14,046 bases of DNA from Thermoprotei archaeon (lineage in GTDB: Archaea > Thermoproteota > Thermoprotei > Thermofilales > B20-G17). This document shows, piece after piece, positions 1-8,125 of the stretch (the stretch's first letter is position 1; each line of letters begins with the position of its first letter). The stretch is taken from contig QMRW01000023.1 in the NCBI GenBank assembly GCA_003650785.1, forward strand, positions 1 through 14,046. Direction: 5' to 3'. Both the position numbers and the translations under genes were made by a program. Below the pieces are notes generated by a model. The model was not told where the DNA came from and did not search any database. It saw only the letters and a program-made list of their open reading frames with translations.

Positions 1-1
1 A

Positions 2-391
2 GTTGTAGATGCAGATAGATGTGTAGGATGTCAAATGTGTATGTTTGCCTGCTCCAGAAGATTAGGATTAGGAGGTCATGGAAAATCTGCAATCCATATT
101 AGAAGTGTAGGCGGGTTTGAAAGAGGTTTCACAGTCATAGTGTGTAGAGCATGTATCTCTCCCCCTTGTGCAAAGGTATGTCCTACAGGAGCATTAAGAC
201 CTAGAGAGGGAGGAGGAATAGTATTCAATCCATCCAAATGCATAGGTTGTGGTATCTGTGTTGACGCATGTATTATAGGAGCTATCCAATGGGACTACGA
301 GAAAAACAAACCAATAGTATGCGTTTACTGTGGTTACTGTGCAGATTATTGTCCTCATAATGTCATAAAGCTTGAGGAGGTGAGTAAATGA
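2..391 (+). CDS. 4x[4Fe-4S] polyferredoxin, AOR-associated electron-transfer subunit (5' end runs off the window)
   Basis: The frame stays open back to nt 2 (VVDADRCVGCQMCMFAC...), so the ATG at 35 is probably internal. Four cluster-binding motifs are present: CVGCQMCMFAC, CRACISPPCAKVCP, CIGCGICVDAC and CVYCGYCADYCP. The stop overlaps the downstream start as ATGA (388-391). Confidence 0.85.
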   Translation, partial: VVDADRCVGCQMCMFACSRRLGLGGHGKSAIHIRSVGGFERGFTVIVCRACISPPCAKVCPTGALRPREGGGIVFNPSKCIGCGICVDACIIGAIQWDYEKNKPIVCVYCGYCADYCPHNVIKLEEVSK

Positions 392-2142
392 GCTACGGTA
401 AGGTTCTATACATAGACCTGACCAAAAGGGATTTTTGGACTGAAGATAGAAGTGAATTACTTAGGAATAGAATAGGAGGTACTGGAGTAGCCCTAGAACT
501 TCTGAAAGAGAATATCGATCCAAAGTGCGATCCTCTAGGTCCTGGTAACATTATAGTATTTGCAGTAGGCTTGCTTACAGGTTACTATCCCCTGGCATCC
601 AAAACAGTAGCGATGTTCAAATCCCCTCTTACAGGAAATCTCGGTGAAAGTCATGCAGGTGGTAGAAGTGCTATAGCTATACGAATGGCTGGCTACGAAG
701 CTATAGTAATTAAGGGAGTAAGTGATACACCTGTATATCTAGTGATAACAAATGATGGAGTTAGATTTAGAGATGCATCTACCCTCTGGGGAATTCGAAG
801 TACTATAACCGTCGGACGTATAATAAGGGAGGTTGAAGGAGGAACTGGTATAAGGTCGATTATACGTATAGGTAGAGCAGGAGAGAGACTGGTCAGATAT
901 GCTTGTGCTGTGACAGAGACCTATAGACACTTCGGTAGACTAGGTCTAGGTGCAGTACTTGGCTCTAAGAAACTCAAGGCAATTGTAGTGTATGGTAAGA
1001 GAAACCTACCAGTTAATGATGTCAAACTTTACAGAGATGTCTACGATGAAATATTCAAACTAGCCGTCGAGACAGAGTTGATGAAAAAGTATCATGATAT
1101 AGGTACGGCAATTAATGTTAAAGTACTCTATAAAATCGGAGCATTACCTATTATGAACCTCACTAGAACGAGTTTTAAAGAGATAGATAAGATTAGTGGA
1201 GAATATATAGCCGAGAGTAGGTTGGGAAGAAGAGTAGCGTGTAGCCATTGTCCAGTAGCCTGTATACACTTGGCAATACTGAGAGAACCCTATGTGGATG
1301 AGCCATACTTCTATAAGACTACATACGTATCATATGACTACGAACCCATATATTCTATTGGCGCAATGCTGGGAGTAAAGGATACTGATGGCCTTCTCAG
1401 ACTACTGGATTTAGTAGAGACACTAGGGCTTGATGTCATAAGTACAGGAGTGGCTCTATCATGGGCTACAGAGGCTTACAAGAGAGGAGTAATTACAGAA
1501 AGAGAGACTGTAACCAAGCTGGATTGGGGCTACGTAGAGGGCTATATGAAAGCCATAAACTTCATAGTGGAACAACCTAATCAGTTCTATAGAGATCTGA
1601 GTATGGGAGTGGAGTACGCAGCTAGAAAGTACGGGGGATTAGACTACGCATTAGCCTTCGGTGGTAACGAGATGCCTGGGTATAATACAGGGCCTGGAAC
1701 CTACTTAACATATTTAACAGGTGCTAGACACAGTCACCTAGACTCAGCAGGATACAGTCTAGATCAGAAGTTAGTAGGAAAGACACTTCCTTCACCGGAA
1801 GAGCTTATCGACATGCTTATGAAAGAGGAGGCTTGGAGGCAGGTTCTATCTAGTTTAGTAATCTGCTTCTTTGCAAGAGGGATTTATAGTGTCGAAAGAG
1901 TATCTAGTGCTCTCAAAGCCTTAGGCTTCAACTTTACTGAAAAAGATCTCAGAAACTTAGGATGGGAAATCTATAGGGAGAAGTACAAGCTTAAGATCGA
2001 GTTAGGGTTCAACATAAATGAGCTCAGGATACCTAGAAGAATATTTGAAATAGAGAATCCGCATGGAAGAATAAGTAAGGAGTACCTTGATAGAGCATTG
2101 AAGTATTTTAAGAAAAAGGTCAAGAGTATGATATCCTATTAA
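388..2142 (+). CDS. aor: Aldehyde:ferredoxin oxidoreductase family (tungstopterin enzyme)
   Basis: 584 aa. The N-terminus is AFOR_N-like (YGKVLYIDLTK...GGTG). GESHAGG and YRHFGRLGLGAVLGSKKLKAIVV motifs are present. [4Fe-4S] ligands are CSHCPVAC (CxxCxxxC) plus a distal Cys in LVICFFARG. A GAGGAGG Shine-Dalgarno-like site lies at 374-380, 8 nt upstream of the ATG. Confidence 0.95.
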   Translation: MSYGKVLYIDLTKRDFWTEDRSELLRNRIGGTGVALELLKENIDPKCDPLGPGNIIVFAVGLLTGYYPLASKTVAMFKSPLTGNLGESHAGGRSAIAIRMAGYEAIVIKGVSDTPVYLVITNDGVRFRDASTLWGIRSTITVGRIIREVEGGTGIRSIIRIGRAGERLVRYACAVTETYRHFGRLGLGAVLGSKKLKAIVVYGKRNLPVNDVKLYRDVYDEIFKLAVETELMKKYHDIGTAINVKVLYKIGALPIMNLTRTSFKEIDKISGEYIAESRLGRRVACSHCPVACIHLAILREPYVDEPYFYKTTYVSYDYEPIYSIGAMLGVKDTDGLLRLLDLVETLGLDVISTGVALSWATEAYKRGVITERETVTKLDWGYVEGYMKAINFIVEQPNQFYRDLSMGVEYAARKYGGLDYALAFGGNEMPGYNTGPGTYLTYLTGARHSHLDSAGYSLDQKLVGKTLPSPEELIDMLMKEEAWRQVLSSLVICFFARGIYSVERVSSALKALGFNFTEKDLRNLGWEIYREKYKLKIELGFNINELRIPRRIFEIENPHGRISKEYLDRALKYFKKKVKSMISY

Positions 2143-2161
2143 TGAAAAATATTTCAAGTCA

Positions 2162-3409
2162 CTATTTTAATTCATCTATATTTGACACTACCTTTCTAAA
2201 GGCTTCAATATATTGATCTATTAGCTCTTTACACCCTTTATTGTGGAATACAGGTAGACTTATCAATCTCGATACTACTTCCTCGGTAATAGGTAGATCT
2301 CCCTTTTTATAAAGCCTTAGCCTAAAGTTGGGACAATCTAGAAGGGAGCGGATAGGTTTTTCTTTATCTTGGAACATAGGCTGAAGATGAGCGAGTTTAT
2401 ACCTCTCCTCACTAGCTCTAACACCTTCGGCTCTTAGAGCTTCTATAAATTTCTTCTTTGAAACACCTAGTTTTTCGTGATAGTATTTCACTCTATACCC
2501 ATACCAAGAGCCCATTGTCGCATAGGGAGGAATATATTGTGGTTCTATACCATCGATCTCCATCAGGCCCTTGGTTAAATACTCCATGTTCTCTCTACGA
2601 ATTGCATTTCTTTCATCTAAGTGTTTCAGTTGAATTCTCGCTATAACTGCTGCCAGTGGATGCATTCTATACTTAAAACCAAAGTTACAGATATGGTATC
2701 TTCTGTACTCATCTTTAGTTAATTCTGGAATCCTCTCGTAATGACCTAGGAGTACGGCTCTAGAGTAGTATTCATAATTATTAGTTATCAGTACTCCCCC
2801 TTCTCCAGCTACCATAGACTTACCCATTTGAAGACTAAAACATCCTATATCCCCTATGGTTCCAAGTTTTCTACCTTTGTATAAATTCCCATGGGCATGA
2901 GAGACGTCTTCTATCACCACTAAGTTGTGGTCTCGAGCTATCTCTATGATGGGATCCATATCAGCAGGTACTCCCCACATATGGACTACGCATATAGCCT
3001 TAGTCCTAGGAGTTATCTTCCTCTTGATATCTTCAGGATCAGCTGTTAAGGTTTTAGGGTCAATTTCACAGAATACTGGAATTGCATGACATGCGAGAAT
3101 AGGAGTGATAGCAGTATGCCATTGATACGATGGTATTATAACCTCATCACCCGGACCTACACCAGCTGCAAAGTAAGCAGCATGAAGTGCTGAGGTCCCA
3201 TTGTTGTGAGCTAGAGCATACCTTACACCATGATACTTAGCGAAGTCCGATTCAAATTCTCTAATAGTCTCATATGATGTAAATCTACCGTTTTTAATAG
3301 CCTCAATTATAGCTTGAATCTCCTCTTCTCCAATAATAGGCCATCTAGTAGCTTCCTTATCATCTAAGGTCACAGTCTTTGGACCTCCATTTATTGCTAA
3401 CTTAGCCAT
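2162..3409 (-). CDS. DegT/DnrJ/EryC1/StrS-family PLP-dependent (sugar) aminotransferase
   Basis: 415 aa. Family motifs are NGTSALHAA, GPGDEVIIPSYQW, VIEDVSHAHG and the PLP-lysine motif FSLQMGKSMVAGEGGVL. The FS(F/L)Q..K...AGEGG form resembles the glutamine:inosose/keto-sugar aminotransferase branch. Confidence 0.92.
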   Translation of the reverse strand: MAKLAINGGPKTVTLDDKEATRWPIIGEEEIQAIIEAIKNGRFTSYETIREFESDFAKYHGVRYALAHNNGTSALHAAYFAAGVGPGDEVIIPSYQWHTAITPILACHAIPVFCEIDPKTLTADPEDIKRKITPRTKAICVVHMWGVPADMDPIIEIARDHNLVVIEDVSHAHGNLYKGRKLGTIGDIGCFSLQMGKSMVAGEGGVLITNNYEYYSRAVLLGHYERIPELTKDEYRRYHICNFGFKYRMHPLAAVIARIQLKHLDERNAIRRENMEYLTKGLMEIDGIEPQYIPPYATMGSWYGYRVKYYHEKLGVSKKKFIEALRAEGVRASEERYKLAHLQPMFQDKEKPIRSLLDCPNFRLRLYKKGDLPITEEVVSRLISLPVFHNKGCKELIDQYIEAFRKVVSNIDELK

Positions 3410-3515
3410 GCTCTACCACTATTCTCCAAGAGTTAACTGCTTTAAAATCTTTACTTAAAGATAGTAGAACTTGACGTAAGAATTAAAAGGACTGTATTTT
3501 TCCTCCTAAGGGGAT

Positions 3516-4064
3516 ATGTTGGAGACCTTTGTTATAGATAAATTGAACATAGAACTAGTTCAGGGAGATATAACAGAGCTTAAGGTTGATGCCATAGTGA
3601 ATGCGGCTAATCCCTATCTGAGGCATATGGGAGGAGTTGCCAGAGCTATTGTAAGGAAGGGAGGTGATGAAATCCAGAGAGAAAGTGACGAATACGTGAG
3701 AAGACATGGACCAGTACCCGTGGGAGGGATTGCTGTAACTGGAGCCGGAAGACTTAAGGCGAAGTACGTGATCCATGCTGTTGGACCTAAATATGGTGAT
3801 CCCGCAGGAGATGTCAAACTAGCATCAGCTATAAGGAATGCTCTTAATAAAGCTGATGAACTAGGTCTCTCTAGCATAGCTTTACCTGCTATCTCTACGG
3901 GAGTCTATGGTTATCCATACGAGAGATGTGCTGAGATTATGGTAGAGATTATTAAAAAGGAAGTGAGAAATATGAGAAATCTAAAAAGAATAGTAGTCTG
4001 CCTCTATGACAACGAAGCTTATAATAAGTTCATTAAAGTATTTAGAGGGAAAATAATTCAGTAG
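3516..4064 (+). CDS. Macro-domain protein (ADP-ribose / O-acetyl-ADP-ribose binding or hydrolase, AF1521/YmdB-like)
   Basis: 182 aa. Motifs are GDITELKVDAIVNAAN, GGVARAI, VIHAVGPKY and IALPAISTGVYGYP, the canonical macro-domain signature. Confidence 0.92.
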   Translation: MLETFVIDKLNIELVQGDITELKVDAIVNAANPYLRHMGGVARAIVRKGGDEIQRESDEYVRRHGPVPVGGIAVTGAGRLKAKYVIHAVGPKYGDPAGDVKLASAIRNALNKADELGLSSIALPAISTGVYGYPYERCAEIMVEIIKKEVRNMRNLKRIVVCLYDNEAYNKFIKVFRGKIIQ

Positions 4065-4105
4065 AACACTATTCTACTAAGCACATGGAAGGACTATAGG
4101 ATACT

Positions 4106-4690
4106 TTAAAAGGATTTTTGTATTGTTCTTCTGCTTTCAATATACCATTTTGCAAAGTTCTCAAAAGCTCTTCTTCTATGAGATATTGTATTTTTAATTT
4201 TCAATCCCAACTCTGCAAATGTCTTATTATAACTCTCTGGAATGAATATAGGGTCATAGCCAAATCCCTCCTCCCCTCTAGGCTCTAATGATATAGTACC
4301 ATCAATTCTCCCTTCGAAAGTTTTCACAAATCCATTAGGCTCAGCATAGGCAACTACCGATTTAAAATAAGCCACTCTATCTTCTACTCCTTCTAGTAGT
4401 TTGAGCACTCCCTTAAGTCCTATGGTACGGTATACGAAGGATGAGTAGGGACCAGGAAATCCATTTAGAGCTTCTATGAAAAGGCCATCATCTTCTACTA
4501 CTATATGTTTACCTGTTCTTTTGGCTATCTCTAGAGCGGATTTTTTAGCGATTTCATCTAGAAGATCGGACTGTATCTCGACTTTTGTAATCCTAAGCCA
4601 CTTCAATATTATCCCAAGTTTTGAGAGTATTTCATAAGCTTCAAGGAATTTATTTCTATTACTAGTAGCAAAGTACACATCCATAGACAT
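4106..4690 (-). CDS. Non-canonical purine NTP pyrophosphatase (dITP/XTP pyrophosphatase, HAM1/RdgB family)
   Basis: 194 aa. Motifs are FATSNRNKFLE, EIQSD, VEDDGLFIEALNGFPGPYS, GFGYDPIF and ISHRRRAF. A TATA-like TTTTTATAAC on the minus strand lies about 30 nt upstream of the ATG. Confidence 0.92.
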   Translation of the reverse strand: MSMDVYFATSNRNKFLEAYEILSKLGIILKWLRITKVEIQSDLLDEIAKKSALEIAKRTGKHIVVEDDGLFIEALNGFPGPYSSFVYRTIGLKGVLKLLEGVEDRVAYFKSVVAYAEPNGFVKTFEGRIDGTISLEPRGEEGFGYDPIFIPESYNKTFAELGLKIKNTISHRRRAFENFAKWYIESRRTIQKSF

Positions 4691-4712
4691 ACTATCACCT
4701 ACTATGCAGTTT

Positions 4713-4725
4713 AGTTATAAAAAGT
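4713..4725. promoter_or_regulatory. TATA element (AGTTATAAAAAGT), promoter of the HAM1-family gene and possibly bidirectional
   Basis: On the minus strand it is centred about 30 nt upstream of the ATG at 4690. On the plus strand it would place a TSS near 4745, at the start of the candidate structured region. Confidence 0.35.
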
Positions 4726-5270
4726 TGCTTACAAATCTCGTCCTTTAGGACAGGGATACACAGGGGAATAGTGGCACACCTCTTGCCTCTAGAGTGGAAT
4801 GAAATGAAGTGGGGGCTTAAAATGGCTATGAACACAAGACCAGCGAAAATCTTAGAGGCAAGAATCCTCTAACTGAGTAGGAGTATCGAATAAATAGTGC
4901 TAATTAGTAAATGTAATTAGTACGATTAGGTTACTTTAAACTAAGTATTCATGGATTGTTTTGCTGATGTTGGGGTGCTATTATTCTTAGGTAGGAAGTC
5001 TTGAACTTAGAGTATAACTGTCAGCTGCGAAAAGAGTCTTCATCTATCAAGAGACCGTCGTTTCATCATCCATGTATAATCGAAGGAGAGACATATAGCT
5101 GTTTCTACCACATTGTCACAGAATTCTACATTGGTACATATGTCTATTATCATCTCCTGGAAGGATATTTCATTTCACATATTTGAAGCTGATTTTCCCT
5201 TCATCATGCAACTTATATTCTCCCAAATGAGAACATACATTATTCCAATAAACCATTAATATGTATATAA

Positions 5271-5330
5271 ATTATAATATATTGCTCATAAAATGACTAT
5301 TTTAATTATATATGACAAATATTATAATAT
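5271..5330. repeat. Two exact copies of ATTATAATAT (containing the palindrome ATTATAAT), 50 bp apart in a roughly 80% AT block
   Basis: Copies lie at 5271-5280 and 5321-5330. They sit 70-125 nt upstream of the MFS-fusion gene, inside the long non-coding gap. Confidence 0.6.
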
Positions 5331-5396
5331 GTTCTATTTGTGATCGAAAGGTATTTAAGTGCTCTTGTAGAGCTGAACCCTTAGAGGACGAAGGAG

Positions 5397-7130
5397 ATGG
5401 AGGAGGAAGATTCGAGTAGTGATTTAAAATTAAATAGCCAAATGAGGGTACTTCTCGTAAGAGCAATAATAATAACTACAGCGGGCGGTATAACGGGAGG
5501 ACTAGGTATAATATATTTAAAAGAAGTACTAGGAGTTGATGCTATATTTTTAGGTTCTATGACCTCACTCATGTCAATAGTACTACTTCTTACAATACTA
5601 TTTGGTGGTTGGTTTAGTGATACTTTTGGTAGGAGAAAGGCGTTTATTATAGGCAGTACCTTAGCCTGTATTCCCTCTCTAATCTTTTTCCTAGCATGGG
5701 ATAAAATTGTTCTAATTCCTGCGTACATTATAAGTGCTATAGCTAGCTCTTTCATAGCCCCCTCTTATCAATACATACTCAGAGTAGTTACTAGCGATAA
5801 ATCCAGAGGTACTAGTATAGCAAAAATAGATATGCTGACCAGTATAATTTCAGTAATAATACCTCCACTAAGTACAGCACTAATACCCTTACTAGGTGGT
5901 ATTCCTATTCTTCGATATATATTTGCTGCACAGTTTATTCTAATGCTTATAGCTACCCTATACACAGCCTCTAAACTTAAAGTTCCAGAAACTACTACCA
6001 ACGATCCTAAAGTATCAGCTAAGGAGTTTGTCAAAAGTATAATAGATGTTTACAGGATTAGTAGAGAGAGAAGACTGCACTACTGGATACTATTCGTAGC
6101 CATGGGGCCCCTAGTCTTCACAATAGTGTCACCATTCTGGAGTCTATATGCATATGAGATATGCAAAACTCCAACATATCTAATGGGTATGCTTTCAACT
6201 GCTCAAGCCCTCCCCTATATACTTCTCCTACTACCAATATCCAGACTATCTGATAGAATAGGTAGAAGGAAGATAATATTCGGGCTTAGACCCTTCCTAT
6301 GGTTAACATTCACCGTCTTAGTACTTGCTAGTACTTTTCAGACACCTTACTCCTTTATAGCACCTCTAATAGCATGGGGATTGTATGGTATATTTGCAAC
6401 CTCATCACCTTCCGTAGTATCGACACTTGTTGAATCCTTTCCAAAGGAATATCTCTCAAGGTGGACATCATTTAGGAACTTCGTATACTATTTGTTTGCA
6501 ATACCCTGTGGTCTCCTTGGCGGATTATTATGGAACATAGATCCAAGACTTCCATTCATAGTAGCATTAGTTGCAGACATGGCCAGATCTACCTTCCTCC
6601 TAAAAATACCCGAGACCCTAATCCAGAAACCTCCTAGTGTACAGATAAGAGAACCTAGACATATCATTGTCTACGAACTTCCAGGAGCAGGGCTGGGTAC
6701 TATAGCGAGGTTGTTGAGTAATAGATTAAGACTTCAAGTAATAGATAGTAGAGTTGTGGAGAATAATATAGATAGGGTCAAGGAGCCAGCTCTTATAGAG
6801 GGAGAAAACGGACTTATAGCCGCTAGAGGGAAAGAAGATACGCTCGTTATATTGCTAGTGGCTCCGCGTCATAATAGAGCCATGAAGAAGGTACAGGAGG
6901 AAGGTAAACCACTATTTGTAGCCTTCAAAGAAGTAGAAGAGGAAGATAAAAAAGTGTCTAAAATCATAAAAAAGCATTTTAAGGCCGATATAGAGAATCT
7001 TCCACCCTTTGATATAGCTATAAATACAGAACGTATTCCCTTGGAGATAGTTGAAGAAGTTATAGAGCTTACTTATAGAGAACTTAAGTCTAAATCTAAG
7101 AAAGACACCTCTAAGACCTTCAGGAGCTAG
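5397..7130 (+). CDS. MFS transporter (about 12 TM, aa 1-410) fused to a C-terminal cytidylate-kinase-like (Cytidylate_kin2-type) domain (aa 420-577)
   Basis: 577 aa. MFS loop motifs appear in both halves (GWFSDTFGRRKAFIIG and SRLSDRIGRRKIIFG), with many hydrophobic helices. The tail IIVYELPGAGLGTIARLLSNRLRLQVID ... LVILLVAPRHNRAMKKV ... FDIAINTERIPLEIVEEVI matches the lysine-less P-loop kinase-like family. An alternative start is the ATG at 5442 (MRVLLVRAII). Confidence 0.85.
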   Translation: MEEEDSSSDLKLNSQMRVLLVRAIIITTAGGITGGLGIIYLKEVLGVDAIFLGSMTSLMSIVLLLTILFGGWFSDTFGRRKAFIIGSTLACIPSLIFFLAWDKIVLIPAYIISAIASSFIAPSYQYILRVVTSDKSRGTSIAKIDMLTSIISVIIPPLSTALIPLLGGIPILRYIFAAQFILMLIATLYTASKLKVPETTTNDPKVSAKEFVKSIIDVYRISRERRLHYWILFVAMGPLVFTIVSPFWSLYAYEICKTPTYLMGMLSTAQALPYILLLLPISRLSDRIGRRKIIFGLRPFLWLTFTVLVLASTFQTPYSFIAPLIAWGLYGIFATSSPSVVSTLVESFPKEYLSRWTSFRNFVYYLFAIPCGLLGGLLWNIDPRLPFIVALVADMARSTFLLKIPETLIQKPPSVQIREPRHIIVYELPGAGLGTIARLLSNRLRLQVIDSRVVENNIDRVKEPALIEGENGLIAARGKEDTLVILLVAPRHNRAMKKVQEEGKPLFVAFKEVEEEDKKVSKIIKKHFKADIENLPPFDIAINTERIPLEIVEEVIELTYRELKSKSKKDTSKTFRS

Positions 7131-7345
7131 TTTTTAGTACTTCCCATTGGAAATATCAATAAAATGAGTACTAGGAGTTATACTGAAAGTAAGGTCGTAC
7201 TATATGATTTCTAACTAGTAGATTCCTCTTTTCAACAGTATACGTGCTCTCTTAATGTTGTCAATTTTTATACTATTTTTAAGTATGTAGAGCCGTTAGT
7301 ATACTTTTTATAAAGGAGAATACATCTACTTTTACCCTAAAGAAC

Positions 7346-8086
7346 ATGTTTATATTGTTGAAGAGCTGGATCAAGAGGGATAAAATGAAAATAATAGCCC
7401 ATAGAGGTGCCTCAGGATACGCTCCAGAAAACTCAATTGAAGCTATAAAAATGGCTATCGAAATGGGAGCTGATTTCATAGAAATAGATGTCCGAAGAAC
7501 AAGAGATGGAAGGCTAATACTCATACACGATGGAAAAGTGGATAGAGTAACCGATGGTACTGGATATGTAAGTAGACTTAGCCTACGCCAGGTAAGAAAA
7601 TTTAGACTTCCAAATGGAGAGCCCATACCTACACTTGAAGAGGCATTAAATCTGCTTAAAACAGCTAAACGTTCGAAGTTTAGAATTCACATAAAGTGGG
7701 CGGGATTTGAACATAAGGTACTGAATGCAATAATTGCCACAGGTGTGTGGGATAGGGTAAGGATTCTAGGATCAAGCATAGTACTTAAGACAGTAATACC
7801 ACTGCAGAGATATCTAGGATATGATATAGAATTAGGTCTAGCTGGACGACAGCAACTACTAAAAGTAGCCAAAGAACTGGGAGTTGTAGAGGTATCCCCT
7901 CATATATCTAATCTAAATAGAAAGTATGTTGAAAGAGCACATCAGATGAATATAGAAGTCTATACATGGCTAGTGGATGATTTAAAGTCCCTCAGAAGAG
8001 CTATTGAACTAGGTGTGGATGGGATAATAACTAGGTACCCCGATATCATGTCTAGGTACTCTGAAGAACTGAAAGGAACAATATAA
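7346..8086 (+). CDS. Glycerophosphodiester phosphodiesterase (GDPD family)
   Basis: The catalytic signature KIIAHRGASGYAPENSIEAI...GADFIEIDVRRTRDGRLILIHD is present, with a C-terminal VDGIITRYPD. The ATG at 7385 (MKIIAHRG) is an equally plausible start. The TATA-like TTTTTATAAA at 7305-7314 favours a transcript starting near 7336, whose first AUG would be 7346. Confidence 0.9.
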   Translation: MFILLKSWIKRDKMKIIAHRGASGYAPENSIEAIKMAIEMGADFIEIDVRRTRDGRLILIHDGKVDRVTDGTGYVSRLSLRQVRKFRLPNGEPIPTLEEALNLLKTAKRSKFRIHIKWAGFEHKVLNAIIATGVWDRVRILGSSIVLKTVIPLQRYLGYDIELGLAGRQQLLKVAKELGVVEVSPHISNLNRKYVERAHQMNIEVYTWLVDDLKSLRRAIELGVDGIITRYPDIMSRYSEELKGTI

Positions 8087-8125
8087 TACGTTCAGAAAGA
8101 GTATTCTCCTGACTGAGTACTGGCA

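Noticed and set aside
3516-4690. Macro-domain gene as the antitoxin of a DarTG-like system, or a functional pair with the HAM1 gene
   Set aside because: No DarT-like or other toxin ORF is adjacent. The two genes are convergent with separate promoters. Both are widespread housekeeping families.
4963-5025. Possible C/D-box sRNA (GCTGATG ... CTGTCAGC with complementary GCTGA/TCAGC ends)
   Set aside because: The C box is imperfect (UGAUGU). There is no true CUGA D box adjacent to the terminal stem, and no internal D'/C' boxes.
5001-5186. A 61-aa plus-strand ORF in the long gap
   Set aside because: It has a TTG start with no TATA or Shine-Dalgarno context, odd Y/H/C/F-rich composition and no recognisable motif. 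It is more likely non-coding or a shadow of a degraded minus-strand gene.
5255-5340. AT-rich block as a replication origin
   Set aside because: No ORB or mini-ORB dyads (TTCCA.TGGAA-type) are present, there is no orc1/cdc6 gene nearby, and the block is short. Promoter or operator function is the simpler explanation.
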